A stretch of 64,000 nt of DNA from Gemmatimonadales bacterium (GTDB lineage: Bacteria > Gemmatimonadota > Gemmatimonadetes > Gemmatimonadales > GWC2-71-9): the NCBI GenBank assembly GCA_045403135.1, contig JAXIPC010000094.1, positions 5,013-69,012 on the forward strand. Direction: 5' to 3'. A program made the position numbers and the translations under genes. How positions within the stretch are numbered: position 1 is the stretch's first letter; the number at the start of each line of letters is the position of its first letter. The notes beneath the pieces were generated by a model. The model did no database searches. It was not told where the DNA came from and saw only the letters and a program-made list of their open reading frames with translations. Below are positions 44,517 to 52,755 of this stretch, in pieces.

Positions 44517-45181
44517 GTGGCCGGGGGGGAAAAGTGCTGCCGCCGGAGCGCGGCCAGGAGGCCACGGAGCTCGCGGGTCTGTCGGGCCTGCGGGTATCGG
44601 TCGATGAGGCGCCGAATCTCCACCATCGCGCGGCCGGGGTCGTCGAGCCGCTGCTCGTAGAGCTCGGCGAGCACCAGCCCCAGCCGCATGTCCTCGATGG
44701 GCTGCAGGCGATCGGCCTCCTGCTGCAGGTGTTCGAGCTCTCCGACGGCGGCATGAGGCAGTTTGAGGGGGCCCGCCATCAGCTCGGCGCGGCGGAGCAG
44801 GGCGGCGACCCGATCCTTCGGCACCTGGGCCCGCAACCGGTACGCCTCGGCAGCGGCCTCGGTGTGGCCCTGCGCGGCGAGCGTTTCCTCGGCGGAGAAG
44901 CCGCCGCCGGTGCGGACCAGGCCGACGTTCGACAGCACTTTGACGGTGAAATCGATCATCGGCTCCAGCAGCCAGTCCACCAGGCCGGACAGCACGCCAA
45001 GCAGGGTCCACAGCAGCCCGGCCAGGATCAGCGCCCTGGGGGAGATTCCGGTCAAGCCCAGGATGAGGGCCACGACAGCGCCGCCGCCCACCAGGAAGGC
45101 CAGCACGCCTCGCAGATAGCGGAATGGATCGGCGTCGACGCTCTCTGCGCGGCCGCGCAGGGATTCAGGCAGGAACGGCAC
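44513..45181 (-). CDS. hypothetical membrane protein with helical (TPR-like) C-terminus
   Basis: GTG 45181 (VPFLPESL..) is chosen as the start. Two TMs. ATGA overlap with the downstream pncB-like gene. The start is uncertain. Confidence 0.45.
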   Translation of the reverse strand: MPFLPESLRGRAESVDADPFRYLRGVLAFLVGGGAVVALILGLTGISPRALILAGLLWTLLGVLSGLVDWLLEPMIDFTVKVLSNVGLVRTGGGFSAEETLAAQGHTEAAAEAYRLRAQVPKDRVAALLRRAELMAGPLKLPHAAVGELEHLQQEADRLQPIEDMRLGLVLAELYEQRLDDPGRAMVEIRRLIDRYPQARQTRELRGLLAALRRQHFSPPAT

Positions 45182-45287
45182 GTTCCGAAGGTAGAGGCGG
45201 CCCCCGGGCCCGGCAAGTTGACAGGAGTGCGCTCCTGCCCCTGATTCTCTGTTCCACGCCCGTGATTCCTCCTGCCCGGAGCATCCC

Positions 45288-46337
45288 GTGTCGGATACTG
45301 TGACCCGCCGCGCCTTTCTTGGCACCGCCGCCCTCGCCGCCGCGGGGACCGCGCTCCCTGAGTCGCTGGCCGCCGCCACGCCCTCTAGTCCTTGGGTCAA
45401 GCGCAGCCGAGCCTCCAAGTTCGCCGCGGTGAGCTCGACCAACGGGCTGCTCGGCGTGCGGGTGGCGTTGGACCTGATGAAGCGCGGGCGCGACACGCTG
45501 GACGCCGCGGTCGAGGGCGTGAAGATTCAGGAGCTGGACCCGAACGACGACTCGGTGGGCTACGGGGGGCTGCCCAACGAGGACGGAGTCGTGCAGCTCG
45601 ACGCGAGCTGCATGCATGGACCCTCCAAGCGGGCCGGCGCGGTCGCGGCGCTCGAAGGCATCAAGACGCCGAGCGAAGTCGCCCGGCTCGTGCTCAGATA
45701 CACCAACCATATTCTGCTGGTCGGTGACGGCGCCAAGCGGTTTGCGCTGTCGTACGGCTTCAAGGAAGAGGATTTGCTGACGCCGGCGTCGCGGGAAAAA
45801 TGGCTGCTCTGGCGGGCCAATCGCGGCGCGCGGGACGACTACGTCGATGTGCCCGACTCCGAGCCCATGATGGTCCGGCCCACCGGCACGATCAACATGA
45901 ACGTGGTCAACGACAAAGGGGAGATCTCTTCGATCACGACCACGAGCGGGCTCGCGTGGAAGATTCCGGGCCGCGCGGGCGATTCGCCGATCGTGGGGGC
46001 CGGCCAGTACACCGACAACGAAATCGGCGCGGCAGGCTCCACCGGGCTGGGCGAAGCGAACATCATGGTCTGCGGTGGATTCCTGACGGTGGAGCACATG
46101 CGGCAGGGCATGAAGCCCACCGATGCCTGCCTGGCCACGCTCAAGCGCGTCGTTGCCATGACGCCGCCCCGGCTGCTTCGTCCCGACGGCAAGCCAACCT
46201 ATCAGATCCAGTTCTATGCGGTGAACAAGGCCGGTGACTACGGCTGCGCGGGCCTCTTCCCGACGAGATACGCGGCGTGCGATGAGGCCAATGGGGCTCG
46301 TCTGCTCGACGGGGCCCACCTGTTCGATCGGGCCTAG
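45288..46337 (+). CDS. N4-(beta-N-acetylglucosaminyl)-L-asparaginase / isoaspartyl peptidase family (Ntn hydrolase)
   Basis: Tat-like signal SDTVTRRAFLGTAALAAAG. ..DSVGYGGLPN.., ..TGTINMNVV.. and ..GAGQYTDNEIGAAGSTGLGE.. are typical of glycosylasparaginases. Confidence 0.85.
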   Translation: MSDTVTRRAFLGTAALAAAGTALPESLAAATPSSPWVKRSRASKFAAVSSTNGLLGVRVALDLMKRGRDTLDAAVEGVKIQELDPNDDSVGYGGLPNEDGVVQLDASCMHGPSKRAGAVAALEGIKTPSEVARLVLRYTNHILLVGDGAKRFALSYGFKEEDLLTPASREKWLLWRANRGARDDYVDVPDSEPMMVRPTGTINMNVVNDKGEISSITTTSGLAWKIPGRAGDSPIVGAGQYTDNEIGAAGSTGLGEANIMVCGGFLTVEHMRQGMKPTDACLATLKRVVAMTPPRLLRPDGKPTYQIQFYAVNKAGDYGCAGLFPTRYAACDEANGARLLDGAHLFDRA

Positions 46338-46340
46338 CCG

Positions 46341-47528
46341 GTGCGGCGGCTCCTTGCGCTTGGTCTGTTCCTCGCCGCGACACCGCTCTCCGCCCAGGAG
46401 GGGGTGCCGTGGCGGGCGAGTTACTTCCCGTACCCGATCGGCAACCCGACGACCGGGCTGATGCTGGTGGGGCACTATCACCTCGCCCGGCAAGCCGATT
46501 TCGAGGCGCGGGTACCGTTCGACGGCATTTTCTCGGCGGACGCCGGCTGGAGCACCAACAACAGCCGATTCATCGGCGCGAAGTTTCGCGCGCCGCGGCT
46601 GCTGCCGGGGTGGCGCTTTGCCGTCGACGCGGGCGTCGGCCGCGAGGCGACCTTCGGCTATTACGGGTTCGGTCCCGGCGGCTCCAACGAGAATTTTCAA
46701 CCCGATGACATCTTTTCGGATGAGTTCTTCCGGGTGAGGCGGACCCGCTACTTCGTCCGGGGAGAGGTCACCCGGCGCATCGTGGGGCCGCTCTCGGTGT
46801 CGGCGGGCGCCGGGTATGCCCACTTCAGGTTTTCGTCTTCTCACGAAGGGTCGCTCTTCGACAGCGACTACTTGAACACGCCGCTCCGCGGGACCGATGC
46901 GACCGCGAGGCTGTCGCTTATCGTCGACACCCGGGACAATGAGCTCCTTCCCGGCAACGGCGCCCTGCTGGAGGTCGGCGCGTGCACCGGTACCGGCCGG
47001 TTCGAGACCCGGTTTCTGCCGCCGCTGGGTCCCGGACCGTTCCAACCGGCCTTTACGGAAAGCGGGTATTGGGGAGGCTACGCCCATCTCCGGGGGTACG
47101 TGTCGCCTCGCTCCGGAACCGTGATCGCCGGGCGCTTTGCCGTTCGGGACATGGGGGAATCGGCCCCGCTGGACGCGCGGTACATGCTATCGGGATGGGA
47201 ACGGGACGTGACCGTCCTGGGTGGAGCGGACTCACACCGGAGCTTTGTGCCGGGGCGCTTCGTGGGGACCGGTCTGCTGCTCGGGAGCATCGAGGTGCGG
47301 CATAACCTGCTGGACCTGGGCGGCCTGGGCGCGGTGACGCTGATCGCCTTCACCGACGCCGGACGGGTGTTCAGCCCCAAGGACTTCCAGTGGACCACGA
47401 AGGGCTGGAAGGTCGGCGGTGGCGCCGGGGTGGCGATTCGCGTGTTGCAGAGCGCGCCGCTCATCCTGAACTTCGCGGGCGGGCCGGACGGCTTCAGGTT
47501 TACGATGGGGAACGGCTGGAGCTTTTAG
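46341..47528 (+). CDS. Omp85/surface-antigen-type outer membrane beta-barrel protein
   Basis: Signal peptide MRRLLALGLFLAATPLSAQ, alternating beta-strand pattern, C-terminal ..FTMGNGWSF aromatic terminus. Confidence 0.7.
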   Translation: MRRLLALGLFLAATPLSAQEGVPWRASYFPYPIGNPTTGLMLVGHYHLARQADFEARVPFDGIFSADAGWSTNNSRFIGAKFRAPRLLPGWRFAVDAGVGREATFGYYGFGPGGSNENFQPDDIFSDEFFRVRRTRYFVRGEVTRRIVGPLSVSAGAGYAHFRFSSSHEGSLFDSDYLNTPLRGTDATARLSLIVDTRDNELLPGNGALLEVGACTGTGRFETRFLPPLGPGPFQPAFTESGYWGGYAHLRGYVSPRSGTVIAGRFAVRDMGESAPLDARYMLSGWERDVTVLGGADSHRSFVPGRFVGTGLLLGSIEVRHNLLDLGGLGAVTLIAFTDAGRVFSPKDFQWTTKGWKVGGGAGVAIRVLQSAPLILNFAGGPDGFRFTMGNGWSF

Positions 47529-48040
47529 CCGACCGCTGCCAGCAGCTCGCGGAGGGTCGTCTCTCCCTTGTCCTTCGCATACCACTTCCGTGCGTACGCA
47601 TTGCGTTGCGGGCTCGGGATCATCTTCTTGTTCGCGATGACCCATGCCTGGAGCGCGGCGGGGCGGGGGCCCCAGTGGCCCAGTTCCTTGAATTCCCCAT
47701 CGAGCGCGATGGCGATCGGGATCGAGCGGGTTCCGTTGGTCCGGTACGCGTCCATCGCTTCGGGAAAGCTGTCCCGATCCAGCACCCGGAGCTCCATGCC
47801 CCGGACCAACTCCGCGAGGCGGGCCAGGACCGGTACAATATTGGCCGCGTCGCCGCACCAGTCGGCCCCGATGACCAGGAGCTTTCGTACCGGCGACCGC
47901 ATGAACCCCTCGAGGGCCCAGCCGGGCAGGATGACCCGGTCAAAAACCCCCTTCCACAGTTGGTAGTGCTCCATGTCGGCGCGGAAGAACGCCAGCCATG
48001 GGGTGGCGGCTGACCAGTGTTGGACGAGATCGAGTGGCAC
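47525..48040 (-). CDS. thioredoxin-fold family protein
   Basis: 171 aa. ..LLVIGADWCGDAANIVPVLARL.. is thioredoxin-like with a single Cys in a WCGD motif. Confidence 0.8.
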   Translation of the reverse strand: MPLDLVQHWSAATPWLAFFRADMEHYQLWKGVFDRVILPGWALEGFMRSPVRKLLVIGADWCGDAANIVPVLARLAELVRGMELRVLDRDSFPEAMDAYRTNGTRSIPIAIALDGEFKELGHWGPRPAALQAWVIANKKMIPSPQRNAYARKWYAKDKGETTLRELLAAVG

Positions 48041-48049
48041 GGCTCCCCC

Positions 48050-49192
48050 TCACTTTTCCTCGATGTTGACCCCGAACCGCCGCAGTCCGTTCACATACTC
48101 CTGGAACGGCACCGCCTCGTCCGGCGTGTGCACGCCGAGCGAGGTGACGGCCTTGCCGGCTTGCATGAGCGCAGTCAGGGAGAGCGAGTATCCGGTGGTC
48201 CGCATCATCGCGCTGATGCCGAGGGCGGGATCATAATAGTCGAGCAGCTCGAACGTCACGCTGCCCGGCTTGCCGGATTTGTCTCCCGATACGACGACCC
48301 GAAGCGCCACCAGGTCCCGGCCCTCCGGTTTGAAGAGCTTGGGCTGCACCGCGGCGATGAAGAGATCCCGCGGCACCACCGACTGTCCTTTCACCGGAAT
48401 GGGCGCGTTGGAAATGAGCCCCAGCTCCCGGATCGGGTGCATGATCGCGACGTGACCGGGGTAGCGCAGCGTCTTGTACTCCATGCTGTCGATCTTGTCC
48501 TCGAACGCAAACGGCATGGTGCTGATCCCGCCACCGGTGTGAAACGCCTCGAGCATGCCGACCGGCGCCGGAAACTCCTGCGACTCCAGCTCCGACAGTG
48601 CCTCCACCTGTAGCGCCTTGCCGCCCCGGAGCACCCACGACGGCGTGGTGTAATAGTCGAGGGCGCCCTCGAGCGAGTAGACGATCTGGTAGTTGAGCGG
48701 CGGCTCCGGCTTTTGCGGCAGGCCACCAACGTAAATCCTGACCGAGCGAGCCCGGTCGAGCCGCCGGATGCCTTCGGCGGCCAGAATGTTCACCATGCCG
48801 GGCGCCAGCCCGCAGTCTGGAATCACCGACACGCCGCGGGCCAGTGCCGCCTCGTGCAGCTTCTTCTGCTGGAAGACGATCTCGGTGTTTCCGCCCAGGT
48901 CGCAGAAATGGCACCCGCCCTCGATCGCGGCGCGGGTCATCGGCTCGTTGAAGTAGTAGGGCAGCGCGCACAGCGCGGCGTCGTGGCCCTTCATCAGCTC
49001 GACCACCGCCGCAAAATCGCTGGCATCGAGCGGGACCGCCCGGAGCCGCTTGCCCAGGTACGGTTGCAGGAACGCGGGAAGCCGATTGGGGTTGAGGTCG
49101 GCCAGGGTAACCTGGTCGACCTGGTCGTGCTGCAGGAGATTGTGCGCGGCGGCGCAGCCCTGAAGGCCGGCGCCGAGAACGAGCATCTTCAT
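48050..49192 (-). CDS. saccharopine dehydrogenase family NAD(P)-binding protein
   Basis: Start at MKMLVLGAGLQG (Rossmann GxGxxG) at 49192. 380 aa with family-typical sequence. Confidence 0.85.
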   Translation of the reverse strand: MKMLVLGAGLQGCAAAHNLLQHDQVDQVTLADLNPNRLPAFLQPYLGKRLRAVPLDASDFAAVVELMKGHDAALCALPYYFNEPMTRAAIEGGCHFCDLGGNTEIVFQQKKLHEAALARGVSVIPDCGLAPGMVNILAAEGIRRLDRARSVRIYVGGLPQKPEPPLNYQIVYSLEGALDYYTTPSWVLRGGKALQVEALSELESQEFPAPVGMLEAFHTGGGISTMPFAFEDKIDSMEYKTLRYPGHVAIMHPIRELGLISNAPIPVKGQSVVPRDLFIAAVQPKLFKPEGRDLVALRVVVSGDKSGKPGSVTFELLDYYDPALGISAMMRTTGYSLSLTALMQAGKAVTSLGVHTPDEAVPFQEYVNGLRRFGVNIEEK

Positions 49193-49292
49193 GCCAACTC
49201 CGCCGTGAACGCGCGCCAGGAGGGAAGCCCTCAAATTTAGCGGCGTCGGCGCCGGTATTCAACGCGGCAATGGAGTGTTGTGGCTGCGCGGT

Positions 49293-50075
49293 CTAGCGGA
49301 TTCCCGATGGTCCACCGCCGGTTCGGGGAGTTCCAGGATGGTGGGTGAGCTGGCGGAGCCGCACCGGCGCGCCGCTCCACACCGGCCGGCGCGAGCGCCC
49401 GCCGCCCAGCGGCCGCACTTCGAATCCCCCCGGCTGGAAATACCCCAACGAATCGGCGCCCCAGCGGACCGCACCCGTCGCGCTGCTGTCGAGCAGCGTA
49501 AGCTCACCGGTTTCCGCGAGCACGCAGAGTCCGCCATTGCGGCACTCGTGGATCACCCCGCGCGGAGGCTCGCCCAGGAGCTCGCGGGACAGCGAATCCG
49601 CCAGTGCCAGCGAATCGGAGGAAACCGGCCGGAGCTCCACTGCTTCCGGCGGTGCCGGCGTGATGAGGAAGCCCCCGGCGCTCACCACGATGCTCCGGCC
49701 GTCCCGACTCCAGCCCAGCCGCTCCGGCTCACCCGCGCCGTCCGGGAGCGGCGCCGCCGATTCGGCGCTGCCCACGAGATTGAGGACGACGAGCGACCAC
49801 GGTGGGCCTTGGGCGCCGCTCCTGGCCCTGAGGAACGCCACCATCGAGCCGTCGGGGGAGAGGCGGGGGAAGCGCTCCTCGGGGCGATTGAAGGTGAGGC
49901 GGATGAAGCGGCCGCCTCCAGCGGGCGCGGCGTAGAGATCGGTCAGGCTGTCGGGTCCCTCGCCCACCGCGACCACGAATGGCTCCTCGCCGACGTCGAT
50001 CTTGTTGGTGAGCGGCGAGACGCCGCAAGCGGCGAGCGCCGCCAGGTAAGCGGTGAGCGCCCTCTCACCTCTCAC
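49293..50075 (-). CDS. hypothetical lipoprotein, PD40/TolB-like
   Basis: GTG start inside the heptamer array (GTGA overlap with the M1 peptidase stop). VRGERALTAYLAALAAC lipobox. ..RLSPDGSMVAF.. and ..WSRDGRSIVV.. are PD40-like. Confidence 0.55.
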   Translation of the reverse strand: MRGERALTAYLAALAACGVSPLTNKIDVGEEPFVVAVGEGPDSLTDLYAAPAGGGRFIRLTFNRPEERFPRLSPDGSMVAFLRARSGAQGPPWSLVVLNLVGSAESAAPLPDGAGEPERLGWSRDGRSIVVSAGGFLITPAPPEAVELRPVSSDSLALADSLSRELLGEPPRGVIHECRNGGLCVLAETGELTLLDSSATGAVRWGADSLGYFQPGGFEVRPLGGGRSRRPVWSGAPVRLRQLTHHPGTPRTGGGPSGIR

Positions 50076-50092
50076 CGCTCACCCCTCACCGC
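50045..50092 (-). repeat. inverted pair of 7-nt repeat arrays at a stop-start junction
   Basis: + strand reads GGTAAGC GGTGAGC gcc CTCTCAC CTCTCAC CGCTCAC CCCTCAC. The element contains the TGA of the M1 gene (50072-50074) and the GTG of the lipoprotein gene (50073-50075). Confidence 0.85.
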
Positions 50093-51748
50093 AAACAGCC
50101 ACCACCCGTCCGGATCGATCACCACGGGGGCCGGCGCTGCGTCTCCGGCCCAGTGCGTCACGACCCGCGCCTCCCGCGCCGAGAGATCCAGCGTGAGTGT
50201 CCGGTCGCCCACGCGCACCTGCAGGTTCGGCATCCGGAATACTCCCCAGGCCGCTTTCTGGGTCTGTCGAACCGTGATCAACAGATGCCCTCCGTCGAGC
50301 GCGGCGGTGGCTTCGAGGATGGGATAGCCCGGCCGGGTGAGCGCCTGCCTGAAATACCAGTCAAGATCCTGCCCCGACTCGGCGGCCATGATCCGCGCGA
50401 AATCGCTCGACAGGGCGGTCCGGTGCTCGAACTCGCGATAGTAGCGGCGGAGCCCCTGGAAAAAAGCCGAATCGCCGATCAGGCCGCGCAGGGTATGAAG
50501 GACCCAGGATCCTTTCTGGTAACTGTTGCTGCTGAGAAGCCCCCGTCGCGGGTCGGTGATGGTGGAATCGAGGATCGGCCGATCCGTCACGGAGGAACCG
50601 ACAATCGTCGTGCGGGCTCTCGTCATCGTCTGGCGGAGGGCGGAGTCCCCGCCTACATGCTCGGCCCAGAGCGCGGCGCCGTAGGTGGCGAACCCCTCCG
50701 ACAGCCAGACGTGATGCCAATCGGCTTCGGTCACCGCATCGCCGAACCATTGGTGCGCCGTTTCGTGGGCGACGGTGCCCTCGGACATCCGTCCGTCGCG
50801 AACCGCCCGTTCATCGTAGAAAATGGCGGTCGAGTTCTCCATCCCGCCGAACCGCGTGGAGGACTGCACGTGGCGGAGCTCGGCATAGGGGAACGGCGCG
50901 ATGCGGGTGGCGAAGAAGTCGATTATTTCGGACACCCGCCGGAAAGCCCCATGCACGGCGGTGGCCGAATCCTGCGGGTAGGTGTAGACCGACACCGGGA
51001 CGCAGCGGGTGGCGCAGGTCGCCGCGGGCATCGCGCTGATCGCGAAGCGCGCCATGCCGACCACCATGGTATACACAGGGATGGGCTCGTCGTTCCGGAA
51101 CCGCCAACGACGCCGGGCGCCGGGCAGACTGTCGACGCCTTCGAGGCGGCCGTTGGCGACGACGGTGTACCCGCCAGGAGCCTCGACCCGCCACGCCACC
51201 GCCGCCTTGTCACCGGGGTGATCCTGGACCGCGAGCCAATACCGAGCCCGGTCGGGCCAATTGTCGGCGAAGATCGTACGGGACAGGTCGCCCCCGCGGA
51301 TCACGAGTCCGTCCCGGGGCACCCCGTCATACTGGATTTCGGTCCGGAATGTGGCGGCGACGTTCGCCCCAATCGGGATCACGACGCGATGTCCCTCCCG
51401 CTGCCACCGCACCACGGCCCCGTTCACCACCACCCGCCGGACGGTCATGACGGAGTCGAGGTCCAGGACGACCGGCCGGGACCCGCCCCGCCGCCACTCC
51501 GTGGTGATGACAACGGAGATCGAAGAGTCCGCGACGGGAAGTGTGACCGAGATGTCGTAGCGGACCGCGTCGTGGGGAAGGCGCGCCCGGTCCCACCGGC
51601 CGGCGAGGGCTCCTTGACCGGCCAGCGGCGCGGCAGCGAAGAGATAAGCGGTGAGCAGTAAGCGGTGACCGGGAAGACCGCGCCGCGGATACCGCTCACC
51701 GTTCACCGCTGACCGCTCACCGTTCACTGTTTTCCAGCGCCTCATCAA
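50072..51748 (-). CDS. M1 family metallopeptidase (aminopeptidase N-like)
   Basis: HETAHQWFGD (HExxH) followed by WLSEGFATY. Signal-like ..LLLTAYLFAAAPLAG. Start candidates are ATG 51748, GTG 51727 and GTG 51706, all inside the repeat array. Confidence 0.9.
   Translation of the reverse strand: MMRRWKTVNGERSAVNGERYPRRGLPGHRLLLTAYLFAAAPLAGQGALAGRWDRARLPHDAVRYDISVTLPVADSSISVVITTEWRRGGSRPVVLDLDSVMTVRRVVVNGAVVRWQREGHRVVIPIGANVAATFRTEIQYDGVPRDGLVIRGGDLSRTIFADNWPDRARYWLAVQDHPGDKAAVAWRVEAPGGYTVVANGRLEGVDSLPGARRRWRFRNDEPIPVYTMVVGMARFAISAMPAATCATRCVPVSVYTYPQDSATAVHGAFRRVSEIIDFFATRIAPFPYAELRHVQSSTRFGGMENSTAIFYDERAVRDGRMSEGTVAHETAHQWFGDAVTEADWHHVWLSEGFATYGAALWAEHVGGDSALRQTMTRARTTIVGSSVTDRPILDSTITDPRRGLLSSNSYQKGSWVLHTLRGLIGDSAFFQGLRRYYREFEHRTALSSDFARIMAAESGQDLDWYFRQALTRPGYPILEATAALDGGHLLITVRQTQKAAWGVFRMPNLQVRVGDRTLTLDLSAREARVVTHWAGDAAPAPVVIDPDGWWLFAVRGER
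51643..51729 (-). repeat. inverted pair of 7-nt repeat arrays at a stop-start junction
   Basis: The left arm (+ strand) is GATAAGC GGTGAGC AGTAAGC GGTGACC, followed by a 20-nt spacer. The right arm is ACCGCTC ACCGTTC ACCGCTG ACCGCTC ACCGTTC ACTG. The element contains the kinase TGA (51717-51719) and candidate GTG starts of the M1 gene. Confidence 0.85.
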
Positions 51749-52742
51749 AGTCCTGCATCGTCTGAAACCGCTCTTCGGGCCGGTGCGCGATGCTCTGGGC
51801 GATCACCCGCTCCAGCGCCTCCGGCATTGCGGGATTTGCCTGGCGCAGCCGCAACGGTAGTCCGGTCAGGTGGGCGAGCATCGTCTCTTGCGCGGTATTG
51901 CCTTCAAAGGGCAACCGGCCGGTCAGGAGCTCGAAGCCCAGCACGCCCAGCGCGAAGATATCGCTTCGAGCGTCCAGCGGCTTGCCGCGGATCTGCTCGG
52001 GGCTCATGAATTCCGGCGTCCCCAGCACGATGCCGGTCGCGGTGAGCTTCATCACCTCCGGCCCCGCCACGCTTTCCTTGGCGAGCCCGAAGTCCATCAC
52101 CACCGCACGCTCGCCTCCCGATTCCTCGGTCACCAGCATCACGTTTTCGGGCTTGAGGTCCCGGTGCAGCACGCTCGCGCTGTGCGCGTGCTGGAGGCCC
52201 CGGCAGAGCTGCTTGAGGAATGGCACCGCCAGGGGCGGAGGCATGGGGCCGTGGCGGGTTTCCCGGCGCGAGAGGGTCTCCCCGTCGAGGAACGGCATGA
52301 CCAGATAGGGCATGCCGGCAGCTTCGCCCCAGGCCAGGATGCCGCACACGTTCGGATGGTCGAGCCGCATGGCAACCTTTGCCTCGCGCCGGAGCCGCGC
52401 CATCGCCTCCTGATCTCCGGTGAGCCGGGACATCAGCACCTTCACCGCCACAATGCGCCCGGTGTCCCGGTCCTTGGCGCGGTAGACGTACGCCATCCCG
52501 CCCTCGCCCACCCGCATCTCCATCTGGTACCGCCCGTCCATCACCCGGCCGGAGAGGCCGGACGCCGGATCTCCGCGGCGCGCCGGCGGCAACCGGACCT
52601 CGCCGGTGCGGTGAAGACCCAAGGCACGAGGTGTGGTCGGTGCCGGGGCGCCTCCCGGGACCAGCGGAAAGCCGTCTTTGGTGCAGAAGCGGGCCGGCGG
52701 ATCGAACGTGGCGCCGCAGCGGGGACAGCGAAGCGCGCTCAA
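51717..52742 (-). CDS. Ser/Thr protein kinase with N-terminal zinc-ribbon
   Basis: CPRCGATFDPPARFCTKDG zinc ribbon. Kinase motifs GEGGMAYVY, AVKVL, HRDLKPEN, DFG, GTPEFMSPE. TTG 52742 is preferred as start; the track ORF extends to 52868 and overlaps the upstream gene. Confidence 0.85.
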   Translation of the reverse strand: MSALRCPRCGATFDPPARFCTKDGFPLVPGGAPAPTTPRALGLHRTGEVRLPPARRGDPASGLSGRVMDGRYQMEMRVGEGGMAYVYRAKDRDTGRIVAVKVLMSRLTGDQEAMARLRREAKVAMRLDHPNVCGILAWGEAAGMPYLVMPFLDGETLSRRETRHGPMPPPLAVPFLKQLCRGLQHAHSASVLHRDLKPENVMLVTEESGGERAVVMDFGLAKESVAGPEVMKLTATGIVLGTPEFMSPEQIRGKPLDARSDIFALGVLGFELLTGRLPFEGNTAQETMLAHLTGLPLRLRQANPAMPEALERVIAQSIAHRPEERFQTMQDFDEALENSER

Positions 52743-52755
52743 TCGCGAGGCTGGT

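Noticed and set aside
50045-51729. The M1 peptidase gene bracketed by two like-oriented repeat elements could be an integron cassette or composite mobile unit
   Set aside because: There is no integrase or transposase in the window. The elements lack attC features (no RYYYAAC/GTTRRRY core pairs). The flanking genes are in tight operon-like continuity on the same strand. A mobile cassette is therefore not supported, although the repeat elements themselves remain of interest.
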